Virus record (IMG/VR): IMGVR_UViG_3300037991_005364
Location: 1-54,308 of that record
Source of the DNA: a virus
Lineage: Duplodnaviria; Caudoviricetes
DNA length: 54,308 nucleotides
Reading direction: 5' to 3' (one strand)
Position 1 is the stretch's first letter. Each line of letters begins with the position of its first letter. The notes beneath the pieces were generated by a model. That model worked only from the letters and a program-made list of their open reading frames with translations, had not been told where the DNA came from and made no database searches. The translations under genes and the position numbers were made by a program. Below are positions 14,901-26,000 of this stretch, one piece after another.

Positions 14901-17900
14901 AAAAGCAGGATATATTAGTACTGCAGATATTGATGTTAAAAATTATTCAGAAATTAATTATGAAAAGAGTGAATATAATGGAACATATAATATTACTGGT
15001 GTAACTTCAACAAGTTTTAAAATTTCTCCATATAGATTACCATCAGTATTAAAATATAATGTTAGAGAAGAATGTGATGAAGCGACATATAAAACTAAAT
15101 CAAATACTGCAAGAAGTTCTATTGGATCGGTTAAAATTTTATCTTCTGGATTTAATTATAAAAAATTACCAAAGTTTACAGATGTTTCTTCTAAAAATGG
15201 TATAAATGCTAATTTAGTAGCAATTTCAACGTCAGTAGGTAAACTTAATAAAATTAGAATTGAGAATCTTGGATACGGATATCCATCAGATAAAACATTG
15301 AGACCAGAAGCGGCACTTCCTACAAAACTTAATATTGATAATTTAGATACTATTTCTGAATTTAATATCATTAGTGGTGGATTTAAATATATTACACCGC
15401 CAAATCTTTTATTGTGGAATCAAACAAATAACTTTGTTGTAGATAACTCTTCTTTATTACCAATTATACCAAATACAGCAATTTCTGATATTAAACAAAT
15501 TGCACCAATTCTTGGTATGGAATCGGAACCTCATAGAGTGGTTGCAATAAACAATTCAAATGGAGTTGGAATTAGTTCTATTGTTTCTGGTTCTAGTGGT
15601 GTTGCGACTTGCACATTGAAGACACCTATTTTAGGATTTACTACATCACTTTTTGCAGATGGTGATCAAATTTTTGTTGAAGGTATTGAATTAATTGGAA
15701 CTAATGGTCAAGGGTATAATTCTGAAAATTATAACTATAGATTCTTCAAAGTTGATAGTTTTGTTAACTCTAATCCAGCGCAACTTACATTTTCACTTGT
15801 GGATGAAGATGGTGTTGGTTTGACAACTAATCCTGGTATTGCAAAGACTAGTCAATCTGGATATGCCACTATTATAAACAAAAAAGATTATCCAGACATT
15901 GAAGTTATTCAATCTAGATCATCATTTACACTAAATGAAGGTTTATTTGTTAACAGTGGTTCTGGTTTTGTAGAGACTAAAGCAGTTGTTTCTTTAGTAA
16001 GACCAGACTTTATTAAAACAGTTGGACCTCAAGAGTTCAAATCTGGAGATAAAATTAAAGGTAAAATTACCGGAACTATTGCCGAAATTATATCAATTGG
16101 CAAAGATAGAGCTAAGTTTAATATTAATTATTCTTCTAAAAAGGAATTTGGATGGAAAGATGATAAGGGTAAATTAAGTGAAGACTATCAAGTAACTCCC
16201 GATAATGATTATTATCAGAATCTTTCATATTCTGTCAAGAGTCCAATACCTTGGTCAGTAATGTCTGGTCCATTGAACTCTATTGTTCATCCTGCAGGCA
16301 TGAAAAATTTTGCTGATGTTGGTATTACATCATCAGTAGATAGTGCATCTGAATTGTCAGGATCTACTACGGCAGTAGCTGTTCTTGATATTATTGATGA
16401 ATCTAAAGTTTGGACAATCAATAATTTTGATATAGCAGTTGATGATGATACTAGAGTAACTTCTCTTGGTGCTGAGCAATCTAAATTCCTTAGAATTGGT
16501 AATAGAAAACTAGCAAACTATACCGAATGTAAAACTAACAGAGTTCTTATTCATGATGATATTAGCGGTAAGTTTTCCAGTAAAGGATTTGAAGGCAATA
16601 TAATAGAAATTGAAGAGATTAACATCGCTGACACAAATGTTAGATATTTAATTCAAATTGTAAATCCAGATACCTTAGATGTTCAGATTTCTGAGTTGAT
16701 TGCTCAAACATCAAATATTGATACGTATCTTTTTGAAAAAAATAATGCATTTTCTGCAGGATTGACTACAAGTTTTGGAGAATTTAGTCTTGACATTCAA
16801 AATGAAAGGAAGATATTATTCTTCACACCAACAGATCCTTTTGATACTGATTTAGATATCAAAATTCTTAAGAGGAAATATTTAAATTCTTCTAGTGGAA
16901 CTGGATCTCATACAATTGGTTCAATCGATTTAGTCAATTCAAACGTTACTGGCATTACCAGTGTAGGAACTGCTTCTAGTGAAAAAGCATTGTATCAAAT
17001 TGACTCTGCAGATTTCAATGCTGCTTTTATAAGCATTGAAATGATTAACAGATTTGATAAAGGTGATTTTGCAAATATTGAAGCATTTGTTAATTTTGAT
17101 GGGACAAACACTTATCTTAGTGAATACTATTTTGATTCTGATACTCTTTCATATAGTTCTTCCAATGTTGGTATTGTTACCACAATATATGATGGTGTAG
17201 GAATTGTCACTGTTAGTATTAAAAATCCTGGCATTGATACCTCTACCTATGATGTTCGCTCAAGTATTATTGAATTTACACAATCTGGAACAGATGATAC
17301 TTATAGATTCTTAGAAAATAGTCAACCTCCAACATCCGAAAGAAGTGCGTTACTTGACTGTGTATCTGACACTCACACAGGTATTACAACTATTGCAGAA
17401 TATGATAAAACTCTTATATCTTCAGTTTCATCACTTGTTAGAGTTTCTGTTGGTTCAAGTTCAGCTCTGCATCAAGTAACTGCTTTGTGCAGTGGTTCAG
17501 AAGTTACTGTTATTCCTGGAATGTTTGTAGCAACTGCCGGTTCTGCAGGATTGGGTTCATTCGGTGCTAAGATTGTAGGCAACAATTTCTTTGTTAATTT
17601 CTATCCAGATGATATTTCTACAAACTATACAACTCAATCATTTAACGAAGTATTCTACACTATAAGTGATTTTGACAATATACCAAATACTCTGAAGTAT
17701 AATTCACTTGAGCAAAATTTATTCCTTTCCTCTTTTGATTCTTTAAATGGATTTAGAGCAAATAGAACTTCATTTGATCTAAATCATGAGGGTATTCCTA
17801 TCTATGAAAAAGTTTTTGATCCATCCAATACAAATGTTCTTAATCCAGTAACAGGTATTTTTACAATTAATAACCACTTCTTCAATACCGGAGAAGAATT

Positions 17901-20900
17901 GACTTACACTCCAGGATCTACTTTTGTTGGGGTTGGAAAATCTGAAGTTGGTATTGGAGAAACTTCAAACTACCTTGGCGTTGTTGTAGATCAACTCCCA
18001 GAAAAAGTATATCCAATTGTCATTAACGCAAATAGTTTCCGATTAGCAACAACCAAAGAGAGAGCAAATTCTGGAATTGGAGTAACTTTCACTAATCCTG
18101 GTGAGGGTAATGCACATAAATTGGAATTTACTAAGAAACTATCTAAGACAGTTATCAGTCTTGATGGTATTATTCAACAACCAATTACATTTACTCCAGT
18201 TTCACACACTCTTGAAAATAATGGATTCTATAATGTTGCTGGGGTTGGAACAATTCCTGTAGGTCTTTCAACTTTCAATGTTAGTGGTATTTCTTCTATT
18301 CAACCAAGAGATTTACTTAAGATTGATGATGAATATATGAAAGTTGTTGAAGTTGGTCTTAGCACTAATGTTGCAGGTGAACTTCTCGGTCCAATCAATG
18401 GAATTATTCAGGCAGGAACTGCAGCAACATTTAATACTATATCTGTTGTTAGAGCATCTGTTGGTTCTACTGCTGCTCCACACAATGATGGCGCAAATGT
18501 GCAGATATATAAAGGTTCATTTGATATTGTGGATTCTAAAGTACACTTTACCGATCCTCCTACTGGAAGTGCCAGAACACGAAGAGATAACAGCAATCTT
18601 CCGTTTGTAACTTCAGTCTTCTCTGGAAGAACTTTCTTAAGATCTAATTATGATACTAATATGATATTTGATGAAGTTTCAAATCAATTTACTGGAGTTG
18701 GTCAAACTTTCACAATGAAAGTTGGTGGTGCAAATACAACAGGTATTGATATTGGTAATGGAATTTTACTGTTGAATGGCGTTTTCCAGACTCCAACTAC
18801 CATTAACAATCTTGGTAATAATTATAAATTTGAAAACTCAGGTATTCTTGGTATTTCTAGTGTAGTATTCTCCGGCATTACATCAGAAAATGGTTCCTAT
18901 GTTCAATCTGACTTTGACATTAATCAAAATCAACTTCCTAGAGGCGGTCTGATTGTATCTCTTGGTTCAACACCAGGTCTTGGATATGCACCACTTTATG
19001 GTGCAAAAACAAAAGTTGATATTAATGCTAGTGGTCAGATCACTGATATTGTTGGTGTTAATACATTTAGAGACGCTGTTTCTATTTCAACTGCTGCATA
19101 TGATAAAGTAACAGGTATTATTGAATTAGAAACATCTACTAATCACAACTTAGTTGGTGGTGATAGAGTTCAACTTGTCGGACTTCACTTTACATGTACT
19201 CCTGCGTATAGTGGAGTTACAACTACCATCTTCCCAGATCATAATCGCTCATTTGATATTGTTAATATTCTTTCCGATACAAAATTAAATGTTCAAGTCG
19301 GAACTAGTACTATCACTCATAATTATGTTGGATTTGGTAATGTATTCAAACATTATAGTCTCAGTCATGGATCTGGTTATAGAGATCCAGTATCTATTGG
19401 AGTTAGTGATTTATCTGGAACCGGTTCTGGTGCAGTAGTTACTGCTCAGGTTGGTGTTGGTGGTACACTCATATTTTCTGTTGATAATCAGGGAACAGGA
19501 TATGGTAATCCAATATTAGATATACCAGAACCAATATACGAAAATATGGAAGTTGTTGGTGTATCAAGACTTGGAGTTGGTCCAACTACAGAAACAGGCG
19601 AAAATCTGTTACTCAATGTTACTATTGGTGCTGCAGGAACTAATGTTGGTATTGGATCAACTCTATTTGAAGTTGAATCTTTTAATGTCCGAAGAAATGG
19701 ATATGCGTTCCGACCTGGAGATGTTTTCAAGGTGTCTGGTCTTGTTACAGCATCACATCTGAGTGAACCAATTTCAGACTTTGAACTTGAAGTTGTTGAA
19801 ACTTTTAACGACTCCATGTCAGCATGGTCATTTGGTGAAATGAATTATATTGATAGTATCGGTGCATTTCAAAATGGTTCAAGAAAAAGATTCCCATTAA
19901 TTTATCAAGGTGAACTTTTGAGTTTTGAAATAGATCCTAATGCTGCACTTTCAACTGAAATTGATTTAAATGCAGTTTTACTAATTTTTGTCAACGGTGT
20001 TCTTCAACAACCTGGATCCTCCTATACATTTGAAGGGGGAACATCATTTATATTCCAACAAGCACCATCAGATTCTGATAAGATTGATATTTTCTTCTAT
20101 CTTGGACAGGATGGTGTTGATGTTATTCTTGTTGATGTTGATGAAACATTTAAGATTGGTGATGAAGTTCTTGTTAAGAAACATCCAAATTTTGCCCTAA
20201 CAAAAGATCAAGATAGGAATAGAACAATTCTTGATATTATATCTGCAGATACGATTGAAACTGACATCTACCTTGGTCCAGGAATTAATGAAAATGATTT
20301 CAAACCACTTAGTTGGACTAAGCAAAAACGTGATAAATTTGTTAAGGGTGATTTTGTTTATAAAACAAGAGATTCTATTGAACCAAGAATTCTTCCAACA
20401 TCAAAAATAATTGGTAATATTGATAAAGGCAGCAATCAAATTTTTGTTGATAATGCACAGTTCTTCAATTATGAAGAAAATAACTATTCTATTTCAATTA
20501 ACTCTTTAGAAGGATTAATTGTAGAAGGAGTAGATCCAGTTTCTGCTGCAATAACAGTAACTGTTGGTGCTTCTGGAACTATTAGTGCTCTTACAATTAA
20601 CAATGTTGGTTCTGGTTATTCTGGTTCTACACTTGATGTTAAATTTACAGCACCTTTAGACATTGGTGTTGGTGTTGGTACAACTGCAACTGCTACGGTA
20701 AGTATTGTTGACGGTTCTATCGATTCTACAACTATTACAAACATAGGTCTTGGTTATTCTATTACTAATCCCCCTCAAGCAATCGTTGAAATTCCAAAAG
20801 GAAGACATGAATTAGTTGAAAATATTACAAATATTGAAGGATTTACTGGTATTATTACTGGAATTAGCACAACTGCAGGTAGTGGTGATTGTGGAATGGC

Positions 20901-21429
20901 ACTTAACATTGACTATAACCGCATTGATTTCTCTAATAATTCCAGTTTTACTAATAGTTTAGTTGCAGGATATCCAGTTTACGTATATGACACTTCAGTA
21001 GGTCATGGAGTAACTACTGTTGATGGAAATGATAATTCTACCGTTGGTATTGGAACAACATTCTTAGATGCCGTTTATATGGTACATGCTGTTTCAAATA
21101 ATGGAAACAATGGCAGAATAACTTGCAATATTCATAGTAATACAAATATTGTTGGTATTGCAACAACAGGAAGTTATTTACCCAGTGATCCTGATGCTAC
21201 GATTTCTGCAGGTAAATTATCTTGGGGAAGATTATATAATGCTATTGACGGAGTGACTAGAACCAATCCAGTTTCAATAGGAGTAACTGGACTCACAGTT
21301 GATTCTGGATTATCTACATTCCCAACAATTCAAAGAAGAGATTTTGGATTTAAGAGTAGTGGTGCATTAAGGAAGACATCAAATGGTCCTGATGCGAGTG
21401 AAAATTCTTCTGGTTATCCTATATTATAA
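8911..21429 (+). CDS. g7: Giant baseplate wedge initiator, gp7-like (4172 aa), with a YHYH-type domain and repeated beta modules
   Basis: Lies between gp6 and gp8; IKDFYQSKG...ILFKVLYG; DNDYYQNLSYSVKS...VHPAGMKNF; HSKIIGWAYDGNPIYGPYG...DLDVHNGRF. Confidence 0.85.
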   Translation: MSHFERKLQINKIIESQLPEFLVAEFPKAVDFLKQYYISQESQGSPDDLISNLDRYLKLDNLIPEVIIGKTTLSIAIQPSDTTITVSSTKGYPEEYGLLKIDDEIITYTSKTDTEFLGCIRGFSGIDGYNNNIEKDFSNVNKQTVNFSDTKSSSHIQGSSVSNLSSLFLQEFYRKIKTAFAPGFENQKFISDLDVANFIRQIKDFYQSKGIAESVKILFKVLYGVQADVIDLETRLIKSSGAEYIRREVVVAEIISGNPFELEGQAIYRSLDDSTIPIATASVSNVEVFTRDTKTYYKLELFVGFDDNSSFENSFIVPGFTKAIESAAIGADILTVDSTIGFNDSGTIVSGNNTINFTSKSINQFFGCTGITEAVNVTDEVRSEVFVYGYGNGDLERKVNIRLTGVLNNFVEIDDVSLLEEGEEIRILSTGEVIQNPEVYTSYKEIFANSWIYNTSSRYNVKKIEGSTYTLYSKIDKSSLKIGDIIDILVGSSETVVASNATISSINTTLNQVIVSNIDTSFNPNPLVEYSIRRKIEKVTSSNVDLVLGNDKYFANIQNVYCDDNSTFGYVASLSLPEYEIEDSLIEYELSDGTVDNFGGYSDFSKSYSIIKFSSTIKFIDGDRVRYTSDKPLKGLKSGESYIVDVIQPNKIRLYISSSLLSSGTDFIEFSPNLDTAATHRFTLITQKSRKILPSPILRKYPLNKVITNSDSSDRGTLHIGQLIDGVQILSPKSNDKIYYGPLTDFEVFNGGMNYDMINPPQLRITTGVGSSALVEPIISGSVSEVLIDPQDFDIDGISAITLQGANGSGCILEPIIGDRFRTLEFDSRALQLGGGIDSNDETITFLKPHNLSQFQKVSYNSNGNNEIGIGDFQDPSNSLDNRLVSGDEYFVRIVNTSTIKLFNNISDASSGINTIGFSTATTESGIHQFRTIPTPTLKKVKVIEPGSGYQHRKLRIKSSGISTQYDRFTFKNHGFNNGDIVEYSTEETTEGNQLIDGLSTNVQYSIQKLDDDNFRLINVGAGATLTNDLTRSRYTEISGIGSGYHVFQYPPITVTATVSFGSTLTGNLNFTPIITGPIVDAYMYESGAGYGSTVLNLQKQPIVSIKNGKLAQLNPIISNGRIIEVQVLGSGKEYFSTPELIVEDEFNVGSGAILRPVIVNGKINDVIVINEGIGYNPDSTTIRVKPRGSGAIFNTKIRSLSVNDAERYAESSILKNQKIFGILKENNTEDGLEYSILGYSEDLAGVFDDKINSEHSKIIGWAYDGNPIYGPYGYKDADNVQSGPTLLTPGYSLDSNSVFDRPSTSIFAPGYFIEDYKFDNNGDLDVHNGRFCKTPEFPNGIYAYFAGVTTSLVVNKLVPLYPYFVGNTFKSKLDQDNLYLDQTFDFNNSNLVRNVFPYKIASENADYDFIDEGYETFAQKTFVTSVTRGSVEKIDIFSGGKDYQVGDIVNFDQTETGGSGLSVEVSELIGKNITEIDTDLDQYANSVFVRDSQFQVSAYFENGFDVNNNENILISGLTTSIANLKGTHKAGISSDTISLAATMSSYTTNGGITEDIFIDQLANISIGSTIVIHSDDGSIITDETVRVLNNYNNGTIKVKRFGNAGVAHTLSSEVNLIPDRIKIQAKTPSFKSSRSKLVYFNANNAVGFGTTTNGAIEKTITIGGVDNLVKIPTRTIYVPNHGFKTGEELSFSMNDSAVTAADVLIVSDESDSTQFNLPENRATVATVYAINKGQNYIGLTTTVGLSTFTDGLYFRSGGSNNAEYLLKNNPTQITGDVDRLITTVSTSSTHGLRNNDVITLDVKPNTIVGVGTTAAATVVFKEDTKSLLINPIGINSDAINIASNTITLTNHGFETGEKVYYESIEVASGLTTGLYYTIRDGRNTFRLAETLYESNPKTEKVVNIVGTGASIHSFAKVNPKIDVIRNSDIQFLLGDPSLTEYNFKIFYDENFENEFITSYDDTNFNVENIGVSGVGTASITLRYSENIPSKLFYAVEKAGYISTADIDVKNYSEINYEKSEYNGTYNITGVTSTSFKISPYRLPSVLKYNVREECDEATYKTKSNTARSSIGSVKILSSGFNYKKLPKFTDVSSKNGINANLVAISTSVGKLNKIRIENLGYGYPSDKTLRPEAALPTKLNIDNLDTISEFNIISGGFKYITPPNLLLWNQTNNFVVDNSSLLPIIPNTAISDIKQIAPILGMESEPHRVVAINNSNGVGISSIVSGSSGVATCTLKTPILGFTTSLFADGDQIFVEGIELIGTNGQGYNSENYNYRFFKVDSFVNSNPAQLTFSLVDEDGVGLTTNPGIAKTSQSGYATIINKKDYPDIEVIQSRSSFTLNEGLFVNSGSGFVETKAVVSLVRPDFIKTVGPQEFKSGDKIKGKITGTIAEIISIGKDRAKFNINYSSKKEFGWKDDKGKLSEDYQVTPDNDYYQNLSYSVKSPIPWSVMSGPLNSIVHPAGMKNFADVGITSSVDSASELSGSTTAVAVLDIIDESKVWTINNFDIAVDDDTRVTSLGAEQSKFLRIGNRKLANYTECKTNRVLIHDDISGKFSSKGFEGNIIEIEEINIADTNVRYLIQIVNPDTLDVQISELIAQTSNIDTYLFEKNNAFSAGLTTSFGEFSLDIQNERKILFFTPTDPFDTDLDIKILKRKYLNSSSGTGSHTIGSIDLVNSNVTGITSVGTASSEKALYQIDSADFNAAFISIEMINRFDKGDFANIEAFVNFDGTNTYLSEYYFDSDTLSYSSSNVGIVTTIYDGVGIVTVSIKNPGIDTSTYDVRSSIIEFTQSGTDDTYRFLENSQPPTSERSALLDCVSDTHTGITTIAEYDKTLISSVSSLVRVSVGSSSALHQVTALCSGSEVTVIPGMFVATAGSAGLGSFGAKIVGNNFFVNFYPDDISTNYTTQSFNEVFYTISDFDNIPNTLKYNSLEQNLFLSSFDSLNGFRANRTSFDLNHEGIPIYEKVFDPSNTNVLNPVTGIFTINNHFFNTGEELTYTPGSTFVGVGKSEVGIGETSNYLGVVVDQLPEKVYPIVINANSFRLATTKERANSGIGVTFTNPGEGNAHKLEFTKKLSKTVISLDGIIQQPITFTPVSHTLENNGFYNVAGVGTIPVGLSTFNVSGISSIQPRDLLKIDDEYMKVVEVGLSTNVAGELLGPINGIIQAGTAATFNTISVVRASVGSTAAPHNDGANVQIYKGSFDIVDSKVHFTDPPTGSARTRRDNSNLPFVTSVFSGRTFLRSNYDTNMIFDEVSNQFTGVGQTFTMKVGGANTTGIDIGNGILLLNGVFQTPTTINNLGNNYKFENSGILGISSVVFSGITSENGSYVQSDFDINQNQLPRGGLIVSLGSTPGLGYAPLYGAKTKVDINASGQITDIVGVNTFRDAVSISTAAYDKVTGIIELETSTNHNLVGGDRVQLVGLHFTCTPAYSGVTTTIFPDHNRSFDIVNILSDTKLNVQVGTSTITHNYVGFGNVFKHYSLSHGSGYRDPVSIGVSDLSGTGSGAVVTAQVGVGGTLIFSVDNQGTGYGNPILDIPEPIYENMEVVGVSRLGVGPTTETGENLLLNVTIGAAGTNVGIGSTLFEVESFNVRRNGYAFRPGDVFKVSGLVTASHLSEPISDFELEVVETFNDSMSAWSFGEMNYIDSIGAFQNGSRKRFPLIYQGELLSFEIDPNAALSTEIDLNAVLLIFVNGVLQQPGSSYTFEGGTSFIFQQAPSDSDKIDIFFYLGQDGVDVILVDVDETFKIGDEVLVKKHPNFALTKDQDRNRTILDIISADTIETDIYLGPGINENDFKPLSWTKQKRDKFVKGDFVYKTRDSIEPRILPTSKIIGNIDKGSNQIFVDNAQFFNYEENNYSISINSLEGLIVEGVDPVSAAITVTVGASGTISALTINNVGSGYSGSTLDVKFTAPLDIGVGVGTTATATVSIVDGSIDSTTITNIGLGYSITNPPQAIVEIPKGRHELVENITNIEGFTGIITGISTTAGSGDCGMALNIDYNRIDFSNNSSFTNSLVAGYPVYVYDTSVGHGVTTVDGNDNSTVGIGTTFLDAVYMVHAVSNNGNNGRITCNIHSNTNIVGIATTGSYLPSDPDATISAGKLSWGRLYNAIDGVTRTNPVSIGVTGLTVDSGLSTFPTIQRRDFGFKSSGALRKTSNGPDASENSSGYPIL

Positions 21430-21435
21430 ACCTCA

Positions 21436-21443
21436 TATAAATA
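21436..21443 (+). promoter_or_regulatory. T4 late promoter TATAAATA
   Basis: Exact consensus upstream of gp8. Confidence 0.85.
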
Positions 21444-21462
21444 TATAAAAAACATATAAACA

Positions 21463-23022
21463 ATGTCAGCTATTGTCACTGATCAATTTAGAATTCTAAA
21501 TTCGGGCAATTTTGTCGAATCTGTTGAAAATACTTCCAACTCTTATTATATTACTGTAGGTTTACCAAATCCAACAATTACTGGATATGGTAGAACTTCA
21601 GATTGGAATACTTCACCGCCAGCACCATTAGATAACCAAACTAATAGTGCACATGTTGGGGATGTTGTATTATTTGGAAAAAAAATATCTTCTGCAAATG
21701 TTAAGCGCATTGTTAGAAGAGTTAATTGGGTTGCTGGAAATAGATATGAAATGTATAGAGATGATTATAGTATTAAATCTCCTTCCGCTTTAAGTAATGC
21801 GGCAAGATTGTTTGATGCAAACTATTATGTAATGAATTCTGACTTTAGAGTTTACATTTGCATAGAGAATGGTTCTAATGGCACTAACCCAAAAGGAAAT
21901 ATATCAGAAGATGAACCAACGTTCACAGATTTAGAACCAACTAAAGCTGGCACTAGTGGTGATGGATATGTTTGGAAATATCTGTTTACAGTTTCTCCAA
22001 GTGATATTATTAAATTTGACTCTACAGATTACATTACACTACCAAGTAATTGGACAACAACATCTGACACTCAAATACAGGCAATAAGAGAATCTGCAAA
22101 TTCGCAAGTTAATCTCAATCAAATTAAAACAGTTTATATTGATAAATCTGGCGATGGTTATGCTAGTGGATTGAGTCAGGAGATGTCTATTATTGGTGAT
22201 GGAACTGGTGGAAAAGTTAGAATTGATGTTGAAAGCGGTAAAATTACAAATACTGTAGTTACTGCAGGTGGAAAAGATTATTCATATGCTCTTGTAGACC
22301 TTGGTCCAATTAACTCTGATACGACTGGTAGTAGTGCAAAACTAGTACCAATAATTCCTCCTGCTAGAGGACATGGTGATGATATCTACTTAGAGTTGGG
22401 TTCTGATAAAGTTCTAGTTTATGCTAGATTTGACGATTCGACTAAAGACTTTCCTGTTGACACAAGTTTTGCACAAGTTTCTATTATAAAAAATCCGACA
22501 GCAGTAGGAACAAATGATATTTTTGCAGGATCAACTTTCAGTGGACTGAATTCTATAAAATTTTCAGATATTACAGGAACTCCTAAAATTGGAGAAAAAA
22601 TTCAACAGACTCTTGCTGATAATGTAGGAAAAGCATATGGATATGTTGCTTCCTATGATGATGAAACAAAGGTTCTTAAATATATACAAGACCGTTCATT
22701 ATATTTCAATCAAACTACCCTAGATCATCAAGATTATGTTGGCATTTCTACTAATGGTAGAAATTATGCATTTGAGTCTAGTGCCAATGAAATTACTGGA
22801 CAATCATCTGGATTTAGTGGTTCTGTATCTATTGGATTTTCTGGCATTACTATGAATCCAACAGGAAGTAAACTTATTAATCTTGGTGTTAATTTTACAG
22901 ATGGCATGGCCGTTTCTGAAATAAATAAAGGGTCAGGGCAATTAATTTATCTTGATAATAGACCTAGTATTGCTAGGAATTTGAGACAAAAAGAAGACAT
23001 TAAAATTATACTGGAATTCTAA
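21463..23022 (+). CDS. g8: Baseplate wedge subunit gp8
   Basis: MSAIVTDQFRI, YYVMNSDFRVYICI.N, DGYVWKYLF and QKEDIKIILEF. Confidence 0.92.
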   Translation: MSAIVTDQFRILNSGNFVESVENTSNSYYITVGLPNPTITGYGRTSDWNTSPPAPLDNQTNSAHVGDVVLFGKKISSANVKRIVRRVNWVAGNRYEMYRDDYSIKSPSALSNAARLFDANYYVMNSDFRVYICIENGSNGTNPKGNISEDEPTFTDLEPTKAGTSGDGYVWKYLFTVSPSDIIKFDSTDYITLPSNWTTTSDTQIQAIRESANSQVNLNQIKTVYIDKSGDGYASGLSQEMSIIGDGTGGKVRIDVESGKITNTVVTAGGKDYSYALVDLGPINSDTTGSSAKLVPIIPPARGHGDDIYLELGSDKVLVYARFDDSTKDFPVDTSFAQVSIIKNPTAVGTNDIFAGSTFSGLNSIKFSDITGTPKIGEKIQQTLADNVGKAYGYVASYDDETKVLKYIQDRSLYFNQTTLDHQDYVGISTNGRNYAFESSANEITGQSSGFSGSVSIGFSGITMNPTGSKLINLGVNFTDGMAVSEINKGSGQLIYLDNRPSIARNLRQKEDIKIILEF

Positions 23023-23025
23023 AAA

Positions 23026-26000
23026 ATGCCACAGAAGACTAACTTAAACGTAAATCCTTATTATGATGATTTTGATAGGGATAATAATTTTTATAAGGTT
23101 CTTTTCAAACCTGGATATCCTGTCCAGGCAAGAGAATTAACGGGTCTTCAATCTATTCTGCAAAGTCAAGTAGAATCTTTTGGAACACACATGTTCAAAG
23201 AAGGTTCTATGGTAATTCCTGGCGGAATTACATGCGATAATGAATTTACTACTATTAAAGTAAATGAAACTCATTTAGGTCTAGATATTAGCATTTATCT
23301 TGATGCTCTTGTTAATGCTAATGATGGTAAAGGTGTTGAGGTAAGAGGTCAAGATACTGATATAACGGCCACAATTAACGGATATATTCTTCCACCAAAT
23401 GAAGATGCGGAAGAAATTACTCTCTTTGTAAAGTATGATTCATCAGCAGAAGATGGTGAAACTGAATTCTTTTCTGATTCTGAAGTATTACTTATTGAAG
23501 AAAATGTCACGTATGGAAATACAACTTTAAATGCAGGAGATACTATTCTTTCTTTGATTCCAAACGATGCTTCAAAGATTGGATATGCTGTAGGAGTTGC
23601 TTCTGGTGTTTATTTTATAAGAGGATATTTTGTCGATGTTCCAGATGCACAAATAGTTCTAGATTTATATAATAATGAACCATCATATAGAGTTGGTTTT
23701 GAGGTCATAGAGCAGGTAGTTAATTCAGATCAAGATTCATCCCTGAATGATAATGCAAAAGGATATACCAATTTTGCTGCACCAGGTGCTGATAGATTAA
23801 AAATTGAGACTAGATTAACTAAGAAAAATTTACAGGATTATAATGATACAAACTTCATTGAACTTGTAAGAATTGATAATGGTGAAATTAAAAAGTTAGA
23901 AGCAAAAACTCAATATAATTTTATTAAGGATTACTTTGCAAAAAGAACTTTTGAAGAATCCGGAAACTATGCTGTCGATAGTTTTACTGTAGATGTTTTA
24001 GATTCTTTAAATAATGAAACTGGTGGTGCTGGTCTTTTTGCGGAAAATCAACTTACTGATGAAGGAAATAGTCCTAATGAGGACTTGATGTGTGTTAAAG
24101 TTTCTGCAGGAACTGCATATGTAAAAGGATTTGATGTAGATTTAGTTGGATCAACTGTTATTGATGTTCCAAAACCAAGAACTACTAAATCTATTCCAGA
24201 AACTAGAGTTCCCTTCTCAATGGGAAGTCTTATCAAAGTTAATAATGTTACTGGTGTTCCATATATTTCTATTGGAACACAGGCAGGACAAAATACTTAT
24301 GATAATGTAATTGAATTATTTGATGAAAGAAGAAATACATCTACAAATAATGCAGGAACTGGTAGAAAGATTGGTGAAGGTAGAGTTTATTGGTATGGTG
24401 TAAGTGACGCAGCATATGAAGGCGCTACAACCGATTGGGATTTATATCTCTTTGATATTCAGACATATACTGATATTTACGTATCAAGTGAAATAAATGA
24501 TAATAATGTTATTCCTCTCGGTTCTTATGTGAGAGGTCTATCTAGTGGTGCGAAAGGATATATTGACAGTAAGAGAAGTCCTTTATGTATGAGTTTAACA
24601 CAAACTTCTGGTGTTTTCCAGAGGGGTGAGCAAATCATTGTTAATGAAATTGAAGAATATACTTTTGGTATAACTGCAGTTGAAGAGTTTACTATAGAAG
24701 ATATTAAGTCTGTTTATCAAAATTCAACAAATCTCGATTCGAGTATTCAAAAAGACTTTATTGCAGATACAATTTTGTATGAAAAGTCTTTACCAGATTT
24801 TAGTAAAAATGATAAATTACTTGTAACTGGTGGTAATACTGGTAAAGTTCCTGGAAGATTTTTTGCAGGCGTAACTGGAATTAAAACTGGTGCAATTTTA
24901 AAATATCAAAATGCAGCTGGAACAGATCCAAACTTTAATGTCATTAGTTCAATTAATTCTAATGGAGATACATTAACTTTAACAGCACCAGATAATTCTG
25001 TTACAGGTATTTGTAATAAAAGTGTAAGCAACGGCGAATCAAACTTCTCGCTGATGGTTCCAAAAATTCTTAATTCTCAGCAATCTGGTCTTTATTCAGA
25101 ACTTCCAAGATTTACCGTAGCTTCTGTTGATTTATCAGATGCGGAACTATTGATTACAAGACAGATTAGTGGAAAGTCTACTAACTCTAATGGTGAAATG
25201 ACTCTTACTGTTACAGACTTCTTAGGAAGTGCTGTCGGTATTACTAGTGTATTCTTTGAAGCATTTGATGCTGAAAGATATTCTATTCATTATTCTAATG
25301 GAGATACGGAGACTTTAACTTCTGACCAGTTTACATATGGTGCAACTGAAGTTACATTTAAAGGTCTGACTGCGAGTCAAAATAATGTTGTTGTCATCGG
25401 AACTTTAAGAAAAACTGATGTTACTCACAAAACAAATGATTATGTAAAGAGTAATATTGTTAGTGTTACAAGAACAAATGGAAAGTCACCAGCTACTGCA
25501 GGTTTGACTACAAGTAAGTTTTATGGATTAAGAATTGAAGATGAGGAGATTTCACTGAACACTGCAGATGTTGTTAACCTTGTTGCAGTATATGAATCAA
25601 CAAATGATGCTGCACCTATTTTAGATAGTTTAACTTTTGCAACTGGTCTTGCTTTAAATCAAAATGCAATTATAGGTGAAAAGATTGTAGGTCAAACAAG
25701 TAGAGCAATTGGTCAAGTTGTAGAAGTAACTGCGACCACTGTTACATATGTACCACTTAATGATAATGATTTTGCAGTTGGTGAAGAAGTTTCATTCAAG
25801 AGTTCATCTTTAAGTTTAGTGCTTCAAGAAACTACGCCTGGTAGTTATGTTGATAGAACTGATAATTATGTTCTTGATAAAGCACATACGAATCAAATTG
25901 TAGATTATTCGCGTATTAGAAGAAGAGATGGATTTGCAATTCCGACAAAGCAGTTGCAAATTATTCACAATCAATATAGAGTAAGTGCTGGTTCAACAAA

